A stretch of DNA of 34,900 nt from Euryarchaeota archaeon UBA36 (GTDB lineage: Archaea; Thermoplasmatota; Poseidoniia; Poseidoniales; Thalassarchaeaceae): positions 1 to 34,900 of the forward strand of contig DAJW01000119.1 of assembly GCA_002496485.1 (NCBI GenBank), given 5' to 3'. The notes below the pieces were generated by a model. It searched no databases. It saw only the letters and a list, made by a program, of their open reading frames with translations, and was not told where the DNA came from. Shown here piece after piece: positions 17,263 through 25,929 of the stretch; the stretch's first letter is position 1; every line of letters starts with the position of its first letter. Made by a program: the position numbers and the translations under genes.

Positions 17263-18955
17263 AAAAATACCAACTCTAGCCGATACAGTATGGACCAGAC
17301 TCGATAGAAAAGCGGGAGCAATTATTGAATTAACTGCTAGACAATTAAGAAATCGAATATCTACTTGGGTAGTACTCGGTATGGGAATGGCTCTAATGGC
17401 ATTATTATTGCTGTTCTATGTAGATTCGATTAGACAATCATTTGAACCGATTGATAATGATGGCGACAGTGTCGATGAAGATAATGATGGCTACCCATTA
17501 GGTCAAGAATTGAAGTATGGAACTAGTGATTTCGATGCATCGTCTTATCCTGGCTCTGGTTTTTATATTCCTGAAGATGAGATTGACTGGAACGATGATA
17601 CCAGATCATTTTATGGAAATAAAACTTGGAATGGAGCGGCATTTTTCGAGTATGAATGGATTGATTACTCATATAGCGGAGATTGGTGGGATGAAATAGT
17701 AGATTGGGAATCGGAAATATCCACATGCCCTGATGGGCAAGTATTCATCGATTGGCAACCAAGATATGCTGAGGCATGCATAGTGGCCGATGATGAATAT
17801 TTCATTTACGGGAAGTGGAAAGGAAAAGGTCGAGCCACCGTTCCTGAGGATTGGGAACTTCGATGGGGATATTATTCACAATCATTCGATGTAGTTCCAG
17901 ATCCACCTGAGATGTATATCGATGAAGATGATATTGATTGCTTTGATACAGACGGAAATAGGGTCGATTGTCCATCCGGAACAAAATTAGGCGGATCACA
18001 TGGATTCGACAATGATGGAGACTGCTTAAGAGATGGATATCAATTTTCAGAAAACTATGGCTTCATCTATGATTATAACTATTATCAATTTCAAGATGAT
18101 AGAAATGGAAATGGAGTTAGATGTGATGTTTATTGGTATGTGGATGCAGACGGAAATGAAGTTATGGGCATTTCTGCGGATGATAATGTAGATGAGGATC
18201 CAGATGATGAAAGATATGTGGGTGAATTAAGTCATAGAACATTCATAATTGGCGTAGGTAAGATGGCATTTATCATACTATTAGGACTCTTCATTCCTTT
18301 ATTTCTTTCTTTGGGCCTTGTTAGGGATGAAACTGAAAATGGAACTTTACATTTCTTATTATCAAAACCTATTCATAGAGGGGAATTCATTCTATATCGA
18401 TTACTAGGATATCTAGCAATTGTTGCATCTTATGTAATAGTTTTAGCGTTAGTCGTCGGACTAATTACAGCTACTTTAGGCCCAGGAGATCAGTTTTTTA
18501 GATTCTCAGACTTACCAGTATGGCTAGGAATAGGAATTTCAACTACGTTTGTACTAGCAGCATATGGTGCATTATTCAATACAATGGGACTAATTTCACC
18601 AAAATATGGCGTTTATTTTTGTATAATTTTCGGAATTTGGGAATTTATGATGGGGACATTTTCTATAATTAACCCCAATTGGACAGTCTCTAGTATTTCA
18701 ATTACTCATTGGGCTTTACAAATGATTGATGCAATTGTTTTGATGGCTTGGCCAGATACTTTACAGTGGGCAGAAATAGGCGAGGCCTTCAATATTGAAA
18801 CCGGCCTTTCTTTTTTCTGGCATCCACCGGTCCATACTTTAGGCACCCAGTCTCCGGGAGTAGCGTTATTAATTAGCACAATAGTTCTATTGTTAGTCTC
18901 ATTCTCTATGATAGGAATTGGCCAATCAGTATTTAGCAAGAGGGAAATAATGTGA
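17246..18955 (+). CDS. ABC-2 type permease with a large extracytoplasmic Asp-rich loop between TM1 and TM2
   Basis: TM1 is WVVLGMGMALMALLLLFYV. A roughly 270-aa acidic loop follows. Then comes VRDETENGTLHFLLSKPIHRGEF (ABC-2 motif) and about 5 more TM helices. Confidence 0.75.
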   Translation: MQIMDKKIPTLADTVWTRLDRKAGAIIELTARQLRNRISTWVVLGMGMALMALLLLFYVDSIRQSFEPIDNDGDSVDEDNDGYPLGQELKYGTSDFDASSYPGSGFYIPEDEIDWNDDTRSFYGNKTWNGAAFFEYEWIDYSYSGDWWDEIVDWESEISTCPDGQVFIDWQPRYAEACIVADDEYFIYGKWKGKGRATVPEDWELRWGYYSQSFDVVPDPPEMYIDEDDIDCFDTDGNRVDCPSGTKLGGSHGFDNDGDCLRDGYQFSENYGFIYDYNYYQFQDDRNGNGVRCDVYWYVDADGNEVMGISADDNVDEDPDDERYVGELSHRTFIIGVGKMAFIILLGLFIPLFLSLGLVRDETENGTLHFLLSKPIHRGEFILYRLLGYLAIVASYVIVLALVVGLITATLGPGDQFFRFSDLPVWLGIGISTTFVLAAYGALFNTMGLISPKYGVYFCIIFGIWEFMMGTFSIINPNWTVSSISITHWALQMIDAIVLMAWPDTLQWAEIGEAFNIETGLSFFWHPPVHTLGTQSPGVALLISTIVLLLVSFSMIGIGQSVFSKREIM

Positions 18956-20157
18956 GTAGTAATTTGAGTGATTACCCAGACAAATTCGGTGGAGATTTTT
19001 CATCTCTTTGGAAACTAGATGTAATGCCACCTATTCACCGTCTTTCGTGGTGGTGGTATTGGGTAATAATTTTCATTCCAGACCCCAATAATCCTAAGAG
19101 ATCAAGGCAATTAATGACTTTATGGTCAACTAAGGAAACTGAAGCAATTCGAGTAAGTGGCTATTGGTGGAAACCAGGATCTAGGATGTACAAAGATGAA
19201 AATGAAGGTTTCGTAATTCCTGGAATGGTTTGTGCATGGTGGTATGATGGTGAGAATATGTTCGAACCAATGACCATGAAAGAATGCCGAATGGGAGTTT
19301 TTCCAGATACTCACCCACTATATCCGGGAGAAGGTACTGGAGAAGGGGCCGGGGCAATTGTACCTTTGAATAGAGAAGATATGTCTTTTGGAATGAGGCC
19401 AGGTAATTCTTCATTTTGGCTTAGAGTTTCCAGTGATCAGGAATCTAGAACTAAGGGAGCTCCATCTATTTTTGAAGCTGAATTAACGCCATGGTGGGGT
19501 CCACCAAGTTCTCTAACTTACAAAAATAATATTCTTTTGGCAAATGGTATGGGTTATGATATTTTGAGACTTCAAGGGACGCTATGCAAAATTAAAGTAG
19601 ACGATGAAGAATTCCATGGTTCAGCTTATTTTCAGAAAGTTACTGTTCAGTCTCCCGCATTTCCATGGTTTTGGGGAATGCTCCATTTCAACGATGGATC
19701 TTACATAGATTGGTTCATGCCCCATGTTTCACCTCTATGCACTACCATTGATGATATACCTTGGAAAAGAAGAGATTTCATTCGATCGCCCAATATTGGA
19801 TCTGGCATTTTTCACGATAGGAAGTTGGATAGAACTGAAAATTTTGAAAAATGTGAAGTCGAACTAACAGAATCCGACGAAGGACTTAGAGATGAAATGG
19901 GCAATCTATTACCAAAGTTCAGAGTAAGAATTTGGAATCCCCAAACGAAAATTTCTATTGCAGTAAAAGCTGTAAGCAGAGCCAGATGGACTTTTGACCA
20001 ACCCACTAGAGGTGGAATGGTAAGCCATTTAACTTACAATGAATATCCATTTGAAGTTGAAGGAATTAGAATTGAAGATGATACTGGAGTTAGAAATTTA
20101 GAAGATTATGAGTGGATCCATGGAAATGCAGAACATGCTTGGGGAATTTTGCATTAG
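18952..20157 (+). CDS. Trp-rich soluble protein, possibly of the AttH / CrtC / tocopherol-cyclase-like superfamily
   Basis: GTGA overlap with the preceding permease. Motifs are LSWWWYWVIIF near the N-terminus, AYFQKVTVQSPAFPWFWGMLHF mid-protein and HGNAEHAWG at the C-terminus. They resemble the (E)WWY ... FP.KWFW ... H.WG landmarks of that superfamily. The family call is tentative. Confidence 0.6.
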   Translation: MSSNLSDYPDKFGGDFSSLWKLDVMPPIHRLSWWWYWVIIFIPDPNNPKRSRQLMTLWSTKETEAIRVSGYWWKPGSRMYKDENEGFVIPGMVCAWWYDGENMFEPMTMKECRMGVFPDTHPLYPGEGTGEGAGAIVPLNREDMSFGMRPGNSSFWLRVSSDQESRTKGAPSIFEAELTPWWGPPSSLTYKNNILLANGMGYDILRLQGTLCKIKVDDEEFHGSAYFQKVTVQSPAFPWFWGMLHFNDGSYIDWFMPHVSPLCTTIDDIPWKRRDFIRSPNIGSGIFHDRKLDRTENFEKCEVELTESDEGLRDEMGNLLPKFRVRIWNPQTKISIAVKAVSRARWTFDQPTRGGMVSHLTYNEYPFEVEGIRIEDDTGVRNLEDYEWIHGNAEHAWGILH

Positions 20158-20210
20158 AGTAATTTAATTACCAGTAATCTCATGAAGGCACTCACTTTCG
20201 CAAAGTAATA

Positions 20211-21161
20211 ATGGATGAGTTTATTGCTAAGTTCAAGTCCAAGGTTAATGACGATTTAATTCGTTCAAATTTTCCAGAAATCACTGATTCAGAAACTCCA
20301 GTTTGGCACGGAAGCCCATCCACCATTTCTATGGCCGATAGGTATATTCTTGCTATGGTCGTTTTTTCAGTTCATGTAATTTTCTTTTTCGGAGAGTGGT
20401 TCGAAAACCCAGAAAATTCTACTAATAATCAACTAATATCTGTTATAATAAGATTAGTTGATTTTACAGGAATTTTCGGTTTCGTTTTCATTATGCTATT
20501 GCTTACAAAGCTTAACCATTATGCAAATTTTTCTACATCTGGCAGATGGACTACCATCTTCTTATTTTTTTCAGGAATTTTTCCATTGTTATGGCAGCTA
20601 CTAGATTTTATCGAATGGATTTCTGGGTTTTTGGATTTCGGCATCACCAACCCACTGCCAAATTGGAATCTACTTTGGTTCCTTCCACTCGGCATTACTT
20701 CTTCATCAATAATGATAATATTCACTATTCTTTATCAGAAATCGTTTCAATATGCAATAACCGATAAACGAATTCATATTCGTAAACAGTTTCTATATTT
20801 CGACACTAGTGTCCACGGAATTTCCCTACAAAAAGTTGAGAACTTGAAAGCTGATCCAACAATATTAGGTAAAATATTCGGTTTTGGAAATGTGCATATA
20901 GTCACAGGTTCTGGAGTTGGATTACAAGTGGAATCATTAGGAGTTTCAGTCGGAATTTCAGATGACGGAGAAGATGAAAATACTCATACAGGAATTAGAA
21001 GATTTTTTTCTATTCTTTTTGGATGGTTATCCATACAAAGATCTAGGAATGTAATGGCCACCGATCCTTCAAACTGCCTCTATGGAATAAAAAAACCCAT
21101 GGAAAAATACAGATTAATCAATGAACTAATGGATAAAAATGTAGGTTCAGTTATTGAATAA
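20211..21161 (+). CDS. membrane protein with bacterial-type PH domain (bPH_2 / YdbS-YdbT-like)
   Basis: ETPVWHGSPS followed by TM helices. Then YAITDKRIHIRKQFLYFDTSVHGISLQKVENLKADPTILGKIFGFGNVHIVTG, which is the bPH_2 signature arrangement. Confidence 0.7.
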   Translation: MDEFIAKFKSKVNDDLIRSNFPEITDSETPVWHGSPSTISMADRYILAMVVFSVHVIFFFGEWFENPENSTNNQLISVIIRLVDFTGIFGFVFIMLLLTKLNHYANFSTSGRWTTIFLFFSGIFPLLWQLLDFIEWISGFLDFGITNPLPNWNLLWFLPLGITSSSIMIIFTILYQKSFQYAITDKRIHIRKQFLYFDTSVHGISLQKVENLKADPTILGKIFGFGNVHIVTGSGVGLQVESLGVSVGISDDGEDENTHTGIRRFFSILFGWLSIQRSRNVMATDPSNCLYGIKKPMEKYRLINELMDKNVGSVIE

Positions 21162-21247
21162 TTGTTATCATTAATTCCTAATAATTCTAACATTTCATCC
21201 GCACCGTTCATAAACAGAACCCATCCACTTCGAATCGAGGAATAGTA

Positions 21248-21793
21248 ATGACAGAAGTAGATCTGATGACTCAAGCAGCACAATGTATAACCCAGGGAGA
21301 TTACATGGGGGCAATGACAATTTTTGAAGGCCATATAAAGGAAAATCCTGATGACCCTATGGGCTATCATGGTTGGGCTGAGTCCGCACTATTCGAAATC
21401 CAAGAAAATGGAAACTTCGATGAAAAAGGAAATGATAGAATAAATGAAGGGCAAGTTCAAGGTTATTTCAAAAAAGCAGCTGCCTTAGATCCAGATAGTA
21501 CTGAGTTTCAAGCGGCATATGCAAATGCACTAATAGAATTCGATAGAATTCCTATGGCAATTAGAGAATTAAAGAAATTAAAGGAACTAGGAGATTCTTC
21601 AGATGATTTCGATGTTACTCAGGACTTATATCAGGCGGCTAAAATGCTAATTGATAATATTGATTTCAAGACTAATTTTGATCGTAGTGAAATGTTCGCC
21701 AAACAATTTTTACCTACTGCCGTAGAGTTTGCACTTTTGGGGATGGGTTTCACTTCGGCAGAAGAAGCTCTCGAGTACTTACAGACTGAGTAA
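21248..21793 (+). CDS. TPR-like helical repeat protein with UBA-like C-terminal tail
   Basis: GDYMGAMTIFEGHIKENPDDPMGYHGWAES and YFKKAAALDPDSTEFQAAYANALIE look like TPR units. The C-terminus is EFALLGMGFTSAEEALEYLQTE. A GAGG lies 8 nt upstream of the ATG. Confidence 0.55.
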   Translation: MTEVDLMTQAAQCITQGDYMGAMTIFEGHIKENPDDPMGYHGWAESALFEIQENGNFDEKGNDRINEGQVQGYFKKAAALDPDSTEFQAAYANALIEFDRIPMAIRELKKLKELGDSSDDFDVTQDLYQAAKMLIDNIDFKTNFDRSEMFAKQFLPTAVEFALLGMGFTSAEEALEYLQTE

Positions 21794-21794
21794 T

Positions 21795-22685
21795 ATGGTT
21801 AAATCGGTAGGCAGTAGTCGCTACCTAATATCGATTGGCTATCACGGTGATGCATTTCATGGCTCTCAAATTCAACCAGATGTAAGGACTGTAGAAGGAT
21901 CCCTCGTACAAGCCCTAAAGAGACTAAAATGGTGGAATAAAAACTGCCTTGAACTTTCAAGTAGAACCGATTCGGGTGTTAGAGTTAGGATGAATTTAGC
22001 AAGAATCGATTTGCCCTCAGCCGTCTCATCAGTGATTAAGGAAAAATCATTAGTTAGAGCTCTAAATGATCATCTACCAGTGGGAATGACAGTCATTTCC
22101 GCGAGAAAAGTCAATCAAAACACTAGAGTTAGATTCGCATACTTTAGACATTACCTATATCGATTAGATATGATAGAGGAATGGCCCGAAAATGTTAGTA
22201 ACTCTCAAATTAGCGAAGCATGCTCAATTTTTGAGGGAACTCATAATTTCTCCAATCTTTCAAAATTTGAAGAAGACAAAGATCCGGTTAGGACAGTAGA
22301 TGAGTGTATACCATGGATTCATTCTGGTACGGTAATCGGTTTTTCAATTAAGGCTCAATCTTTTCTATGGAATCAAGTTAGAAGAATTGCTTCAGCCTTA
22401 TCCGGGATAGCAAGTGGCAGAATTTCAATGGAAGAACTAAAGTCTGCATTATGTGAACCAGAAAAGAAAGTAGATTTTGGGAGAGCAATTTCAGATGGAC
22501 TAATTCTATGGGCGATTAATCATCCAGATTTTCTATTAGATGAAGATAAAGTATTCCCAAGTGATAATTTATTTTCGATAAGAAATCATAAAACTAGGGA
22601 CTATAGGAGATGGATTTCTCTATGTAATTTCGAAATGAGCTCGTTAATTGAGAGAGAATGGCTCCAACTAATCAATTCAGATTAA
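21795..22685 (+). CDS. truA: tRNA pseudouridine synthase A (TruA/Pus1 family)
   Basis: YLISIGYHGDAFHGSQIQP, the catalytic-Asp motif SSRTDSGVRV, FEGTHNFSNL and FLWNQVRRI. ATG 21795 lies 1 nt after the upstream stop and is preferred over the track's 21729 start. Confidence 0.85.
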   Translation: MVKSVGSSRYLISIGYHGDAFHGSQIQPDVRTVEGSLVQALKRLKWWNKNCLELSSRTDSGVRVRMNLARIDLPSAVSSVIKEKSLVRALNDHLPVGMTVISARKVNQNTRVRFAYFRHYLYRLDMIEEWPENVSNSQISEACSIFEGTHNFSNLSKFEEDKDPVRTVDECIPWIHSGTVIGFSIKAQSFLWNQVRRIASALSGIASGRISMEELKSALCEPEKKVDFGRAISDGLILWAINHPDFLLDEDKVFPSDNLFSIRNHKTRDYRRWISLCNFEMSSLIEREWLQLINSD

Positions 22686-23112
22686 TTTCAACCATGTCTC
22701 CGTCTTTGCATGGTAAAATCTCTCGTAAAAAAGACTTTGAGATAACTTCTGCTATTTTAGTATGCCTTGTCAAATCCGGAATCAATAGGGCGCATTCAAA
22801 TTCCTGACCTCCCTGCTTCGAGATTGTACCTTTGAATGCAGTTGCTCCACCAAAGGATTTCCCATCCCTTTCGAATCCATTAATTTTAGAAAATCTAATC
22901 GATTCTTGAAAATCTCCTTCTTCTAGTCCCGATAAAATCCTAAGTCCATAATAGTCGTCTAAACTTTGTGTATCCAAATCTACATTTAGAGTTCCCGGCC
23001 ACGCTCCCGAACCAAGAATCAATTTGAATTGATTCTGGTAATGATTCTGAGACATGAAAACATGAGCTCTACCCAGGCCACTCGACACAACTCCGAACAG
23101 GCGCATGCCCAC
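22672..23112 (-). CDS. ribK: CTP-dependent riboflavin kinase (archaeal RibK, DUF120 family)
   Basis: GVVSSGLGRAHVFMSQNHYQNQFKLILGSGAWPGTLNVDL matches the archaeal RibK N-terminal signature (G.V.sG.G.g........Y..qf...lG..p.PGTLN). The 3' end overlaps the truA 3' end by 14 nt (convergent). Confidence 0.8.
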   Translation of the reverse strand: MGMRLFGVVSSGLGRAHVFMSQNHYQNQFKLILGSGAWPGTLNVDLDTQSLDDYYGLRILSGLEEGDFQESIRFSKINGFERDGKSFGGATAFKGTISKQGGQEFECALLIPDLTRHTKIAEVISKSFLREILPCKDGDMVEINLN

Positions 23113-23147
23113 CGCCTAGGATGACACTTCATAATTGTCCGCATCTA

Positions 23148-23996
23148 TCACAATGAAAAAGTAGAACCTTGTGAAGCTACTCCCCAGCCCATTGAATTGA
23201 TTTTTTTACGTTGATCCGAAGACTCTTCATTAGCAGGATTAGTATGATTTAGATGAATAAAATATATTTCCGGATCGCCAAATCTCCTTTTTCCAAGAAG
23301 CTCCAGAGATTCAGAGATAGTTGGATGTGGAATTTTCTCTATTTTTCTATTTTTTAATTCATTTTTATCCCAAAAAGTTCCATCAATCAATGCAATGTTA
23401 ACTCTTATCTTTTTTAGAAAATCTCTAATATTCTTAGCCCCAATTTCATTCAATGTTTCACTCCATGAATCATGATCTGGTAGGAAGAGTAGTGCTTTTT
23501 TTGGACCTCTAATTATAACCGCATGTGTATCCGTTTCTTCATCTCTGTGAGGAACTTTCAAAAATTCAATGTAAAATCCACAGCCATTGGTTGGTTCCAC
23601 TTCATGGTTAGGAGATAATTCATGACAGATAAATGATTTAACTAACTCCCTTTTTGTAAGAAAATTAATAACTTTTTTACTCGAAATCAAAGGTATTTCT
23701 TTCACGTCCATCACTTCTTTGCCAAACAAACCCAATCCATCAATATGGCCCAAGTGACCGTGAGTAATAATTATCGAATCAGGCTTTCTAAGAAAAGATG
23801 GGCCATAAATATCAGATACGATTTTTAATTGCTCAGATAATTTCCTACTCACTTCAATCAAATGGAAACTATTGTCAACTCCAATAATTCCACAAGAAAC
23901 TGGAAACATCCTCAAATCCAAATTTTCATGCGCATTCAAGCATGTTCTGCAATTACAACCCGCTTGCGGGATTCCACCATCCTGAGCAATACCCAA
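23148..23996 (-). CDS. metallo-beta-lactamase-fold protein, PqqB-like
   Basis: N-terminal GIAQDGGIPQAGCNCRTC (PqqB-like GGG.PQ.nC.C..C) and the MBL motif ITHGHLGHIDGL. TTG start, with no in-frame ATG or GTG upstream before a stop. Confidence 0.7.
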   Translation of the reverse strand: MGIAQDGGIPQAGCNCRTCLNAHENLDLRMFPVSCGIIGVDNSFHLIEVSRKLSEQLKIVSDIYGPSFLRKPDSIIITHGHLGHIDGLGLFGKEVMDVKEIPLISSKKVINFLTKRELVKSFICHELSPNHEVEPTNGCGFYIEFLKVPHRDEETDTHAVIIRGPKKALLFLPDHDSWSETLNEIGAKNIRDFLKKIRVNIALIDGTFWDKNELKNRKIEKIPHPTISESLELLGKRRFGDPEIYFIHLNHTNPANEESSDQRKKINSMGWGVASQGSTFSL

Positions 23997-24058
23997 AATC
24001 GATACATTAATTCCCTTAATTCAAGGCCCCCCCGGAAAGGTGTAAACTATATTATTGA

Positions 24059-24079
24059 TTTAAATATCCCTTTAAATAT
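24059..24079. promoter_or_regulatory. duplicated TATA-like boxes in a divergent intergenic region
   Basis: TTTAAATAT occurs at 24059-24067 and again at 24071-24079, between the divergent genes 23996(-) and 24124(+). Confidence 0.35.
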
Positions 24080-24123
24080 AGAAACTATTATTCGTGCATC
24101 GCTCTTAACCATGTAAGATTATT

Positions 24124-25887
24124 ATGGAAAATTCAGCCATTGAAACCCTTTATCGGCCAAAAAGATATGCTTCAATAGACTTCCTTAGAGGTATGGCAAT
24201 ACTAACAATGCTATTACTTCATACAGTTATGGATACGTTTGAAGTTGATAGATATGTGAATGAATTGAGCAATATCAGCTCCATAAATTTACTAGCACTT
24301 CTAATTATGCCATATTTAGGCGGATTAGCTGGATTATTCCTAATGACATCAGCAACTGGAAATATGATAGGAATGAGAAAAAATCTAGAAAAGGGGCAAT
24401 CTCCAAATTCTGTAATTAGGAAGCAAGTGGTTGGCGGAGCTCTAATAATAATTTTTGCACACTTTGGTGAGGCTTTCTTAGGCTATCATGGTGGTTTTGG
24501 TCAGGTGACAAAAAATCTGAATAATATCCCCGGTATTTTATCAGGAGAAGTTGTTATTCATCACTGGAGGACTCAAGGCTATCATTTTGAAACACTCCAT
24601 ACTATTGGATGGTGTGTTTTAGTTAATGGAGCGATTCAAGGTATGATTTCAAAGAGATTTGATTTATCTACTGATTCAAGAACAGTAATTAGAATTTATT
24701 TCTTGATGGCAGGAGTGGTATTGCTCACTACTCCAATAGTTTGGGCTGCTGTTGAGGCACTAATTCCCGGATATCCATGGGGGATTAACGGAGATGAAGC
24801 CATGTGGAGGGTGGTAATTGGGGAATCTCCGCCACAAGATTATATCATTTATCTATTCATAAACCCCCTAGCGGCTGAAGTAGAACCAATTTTCCCATAT
24901 CTTGCGACTAGCTTTATTGGAAGTATTATCGGAATATATATGTCCAATCCGAAAGAATTAGATTTCGATAAATCATTTGTAAAGAAATTTTTCTGGGTTG
25001 GAACACTCTGCTTCTTTGTAGGATTTATTGGAGTTGGTATAGTTCTAGGCGATCTTGGGGACTTTGATGCAGCAATTGATAAGTACAGAACTATCTATAA
25101 TCATAGAGCGTGGGTTCCTGAAAAGGGACTTACAGCTTTAGGGGGTTCTGGTTGGTTCTGGCAATTCATGACTCTAAATGGTATGACAGTAATGATTACA
25201 ATGACTGTAATTAGAATTTCAGAATTTAGAGGTAAAGGAGAACAATTCGCCAAAGCTACACAATTCGTAAGAAGATTCGGCTTTATTGCCTTCACGATAT
25301 ATATTACTCAATGGGTGTACTATATTATGCAGTTCTTTGTTTCTTCAGTTTATCCAGACTATACATTCTTCGGAGAAAATGTTACTGTAGATGCCTATAG
25401 TAGAATGCCATGGCCAGGAGTTTGGGCCATTGTAATTCTAACAATTTTAACTTTCCATTTCATAATGAAGGCATGGGAGAAGAAGGGATACGTAGGATCA
25501 TTTGAGTGGATGATAATTACTCTTTCAGGATTATTCTCTCCAGTGAGGAAACAGGTTGCAAATCCCGATTCAAGCCAAGATAAATGGTGGCAGTCTGGAA
25601 TGTTGAATGTCGATGGTATATTTTACAACCCTGAATGGCAGAATTTCCCTGTAGATGACATAATCCAAGAAGAAAGAAGATTAATTAGAAATTATTCTAT
25701 TGCTGGATTCTTTGTGGCTCCATTTTCATTCATAGCATTCTTAATTGCTAGAGATTTTGAGAAGGATAATCCTTCAGAAGATATTAAAAATCTGAAAAAT
25801 GCTAGCATTGCTGGAATCATCTTCTTCGTAATTTGGTTTTTAGCTCTGAATATATTTTCACTTAGTGATTTTGGAATTGAACTCTGA
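24124..25887 (+). CDS. polytopic membrane protein with N-terminal DUF1624 / heparan-alpha-glucosaminide N-acetyltransferase-like domain
   Basis: RYASIDFLRGMAILTMLLLH at the N-terminus is the typical opening of this family. There are more than 10 hydrophobic segments. Confidence 0.6.
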   Translation: MENSAIETLYRPKRYASIDFLRGMAILTMLLLHTVMDTFEVDRYVNELSNISSINLLALLIMPYLGGLAGLFLMTSATGNMIGMRKNLEKGQSPNSVIRKQVVGGALIIIFAHFGEAFLGYHGGFGQVTKNLNNIPGILSGEVVIHHWRTQGYHFETLHTIGWCVLVNGAIQGMISKRFDLSTDSRTVIRIYFLMAGVVLLTTPIVWAAVEALIPGYPWGINGDEAMWRVVIGESPPQDYIIYLFINPLAAEVEPIFPYLATSFIGSIIGIYMSNPKELDFDKSFVKKFFWVGTLCFFVGFIGVGIVLGDLGDFDAAIDKYRTIYNHRAWVPEKGLTALGGSGWFWQFMTLNGMTVMITMTVIRISEFRGKGEQFAKATQFVRRFGFIAFTIYITQWVYYIMQFFVSSVYPDYTFFGENVTVDAYSRMPWPGVWAIVILTILTFHFIMKAWEKKGYVGSFEWMIITLSGLFSPVRKQVANPDSSQDKWWQSGMLNVDGIFYNPEWQNFPVDDIIQEERRLIRNYSIAGFFVAPFSFIAFLIARDFEKDNPSEDIKNLKNASIAGIIFFVIWFLALNIFSLSDFGIEL

Positions 25888-25929
25888 TTTTTCCGATGAA
25901 ACAATGAACGATGCCCGCCTCAGGCAGTC

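Noticed and set aside
21729-21794. Upstream extension of the truA ORF (track start 21729)
   Set aside because: The extension overlaps the last 65 nt of the TPR-like gene and adds a non-conserved hydrophobic peptide. ATG 21795, 1 nt after the upstream stop, precedes the conserved YLISIGYHG opening of TruA.
23862-24116. 84-aa plus-strand ORF crossing the 23997-24123 intergenic region
   Set aside because: Half of it is antisense to the PqqB-like gene. The rest runs through the TATA-box region. The composition (N/I/S/R-rich) is not protein-like.
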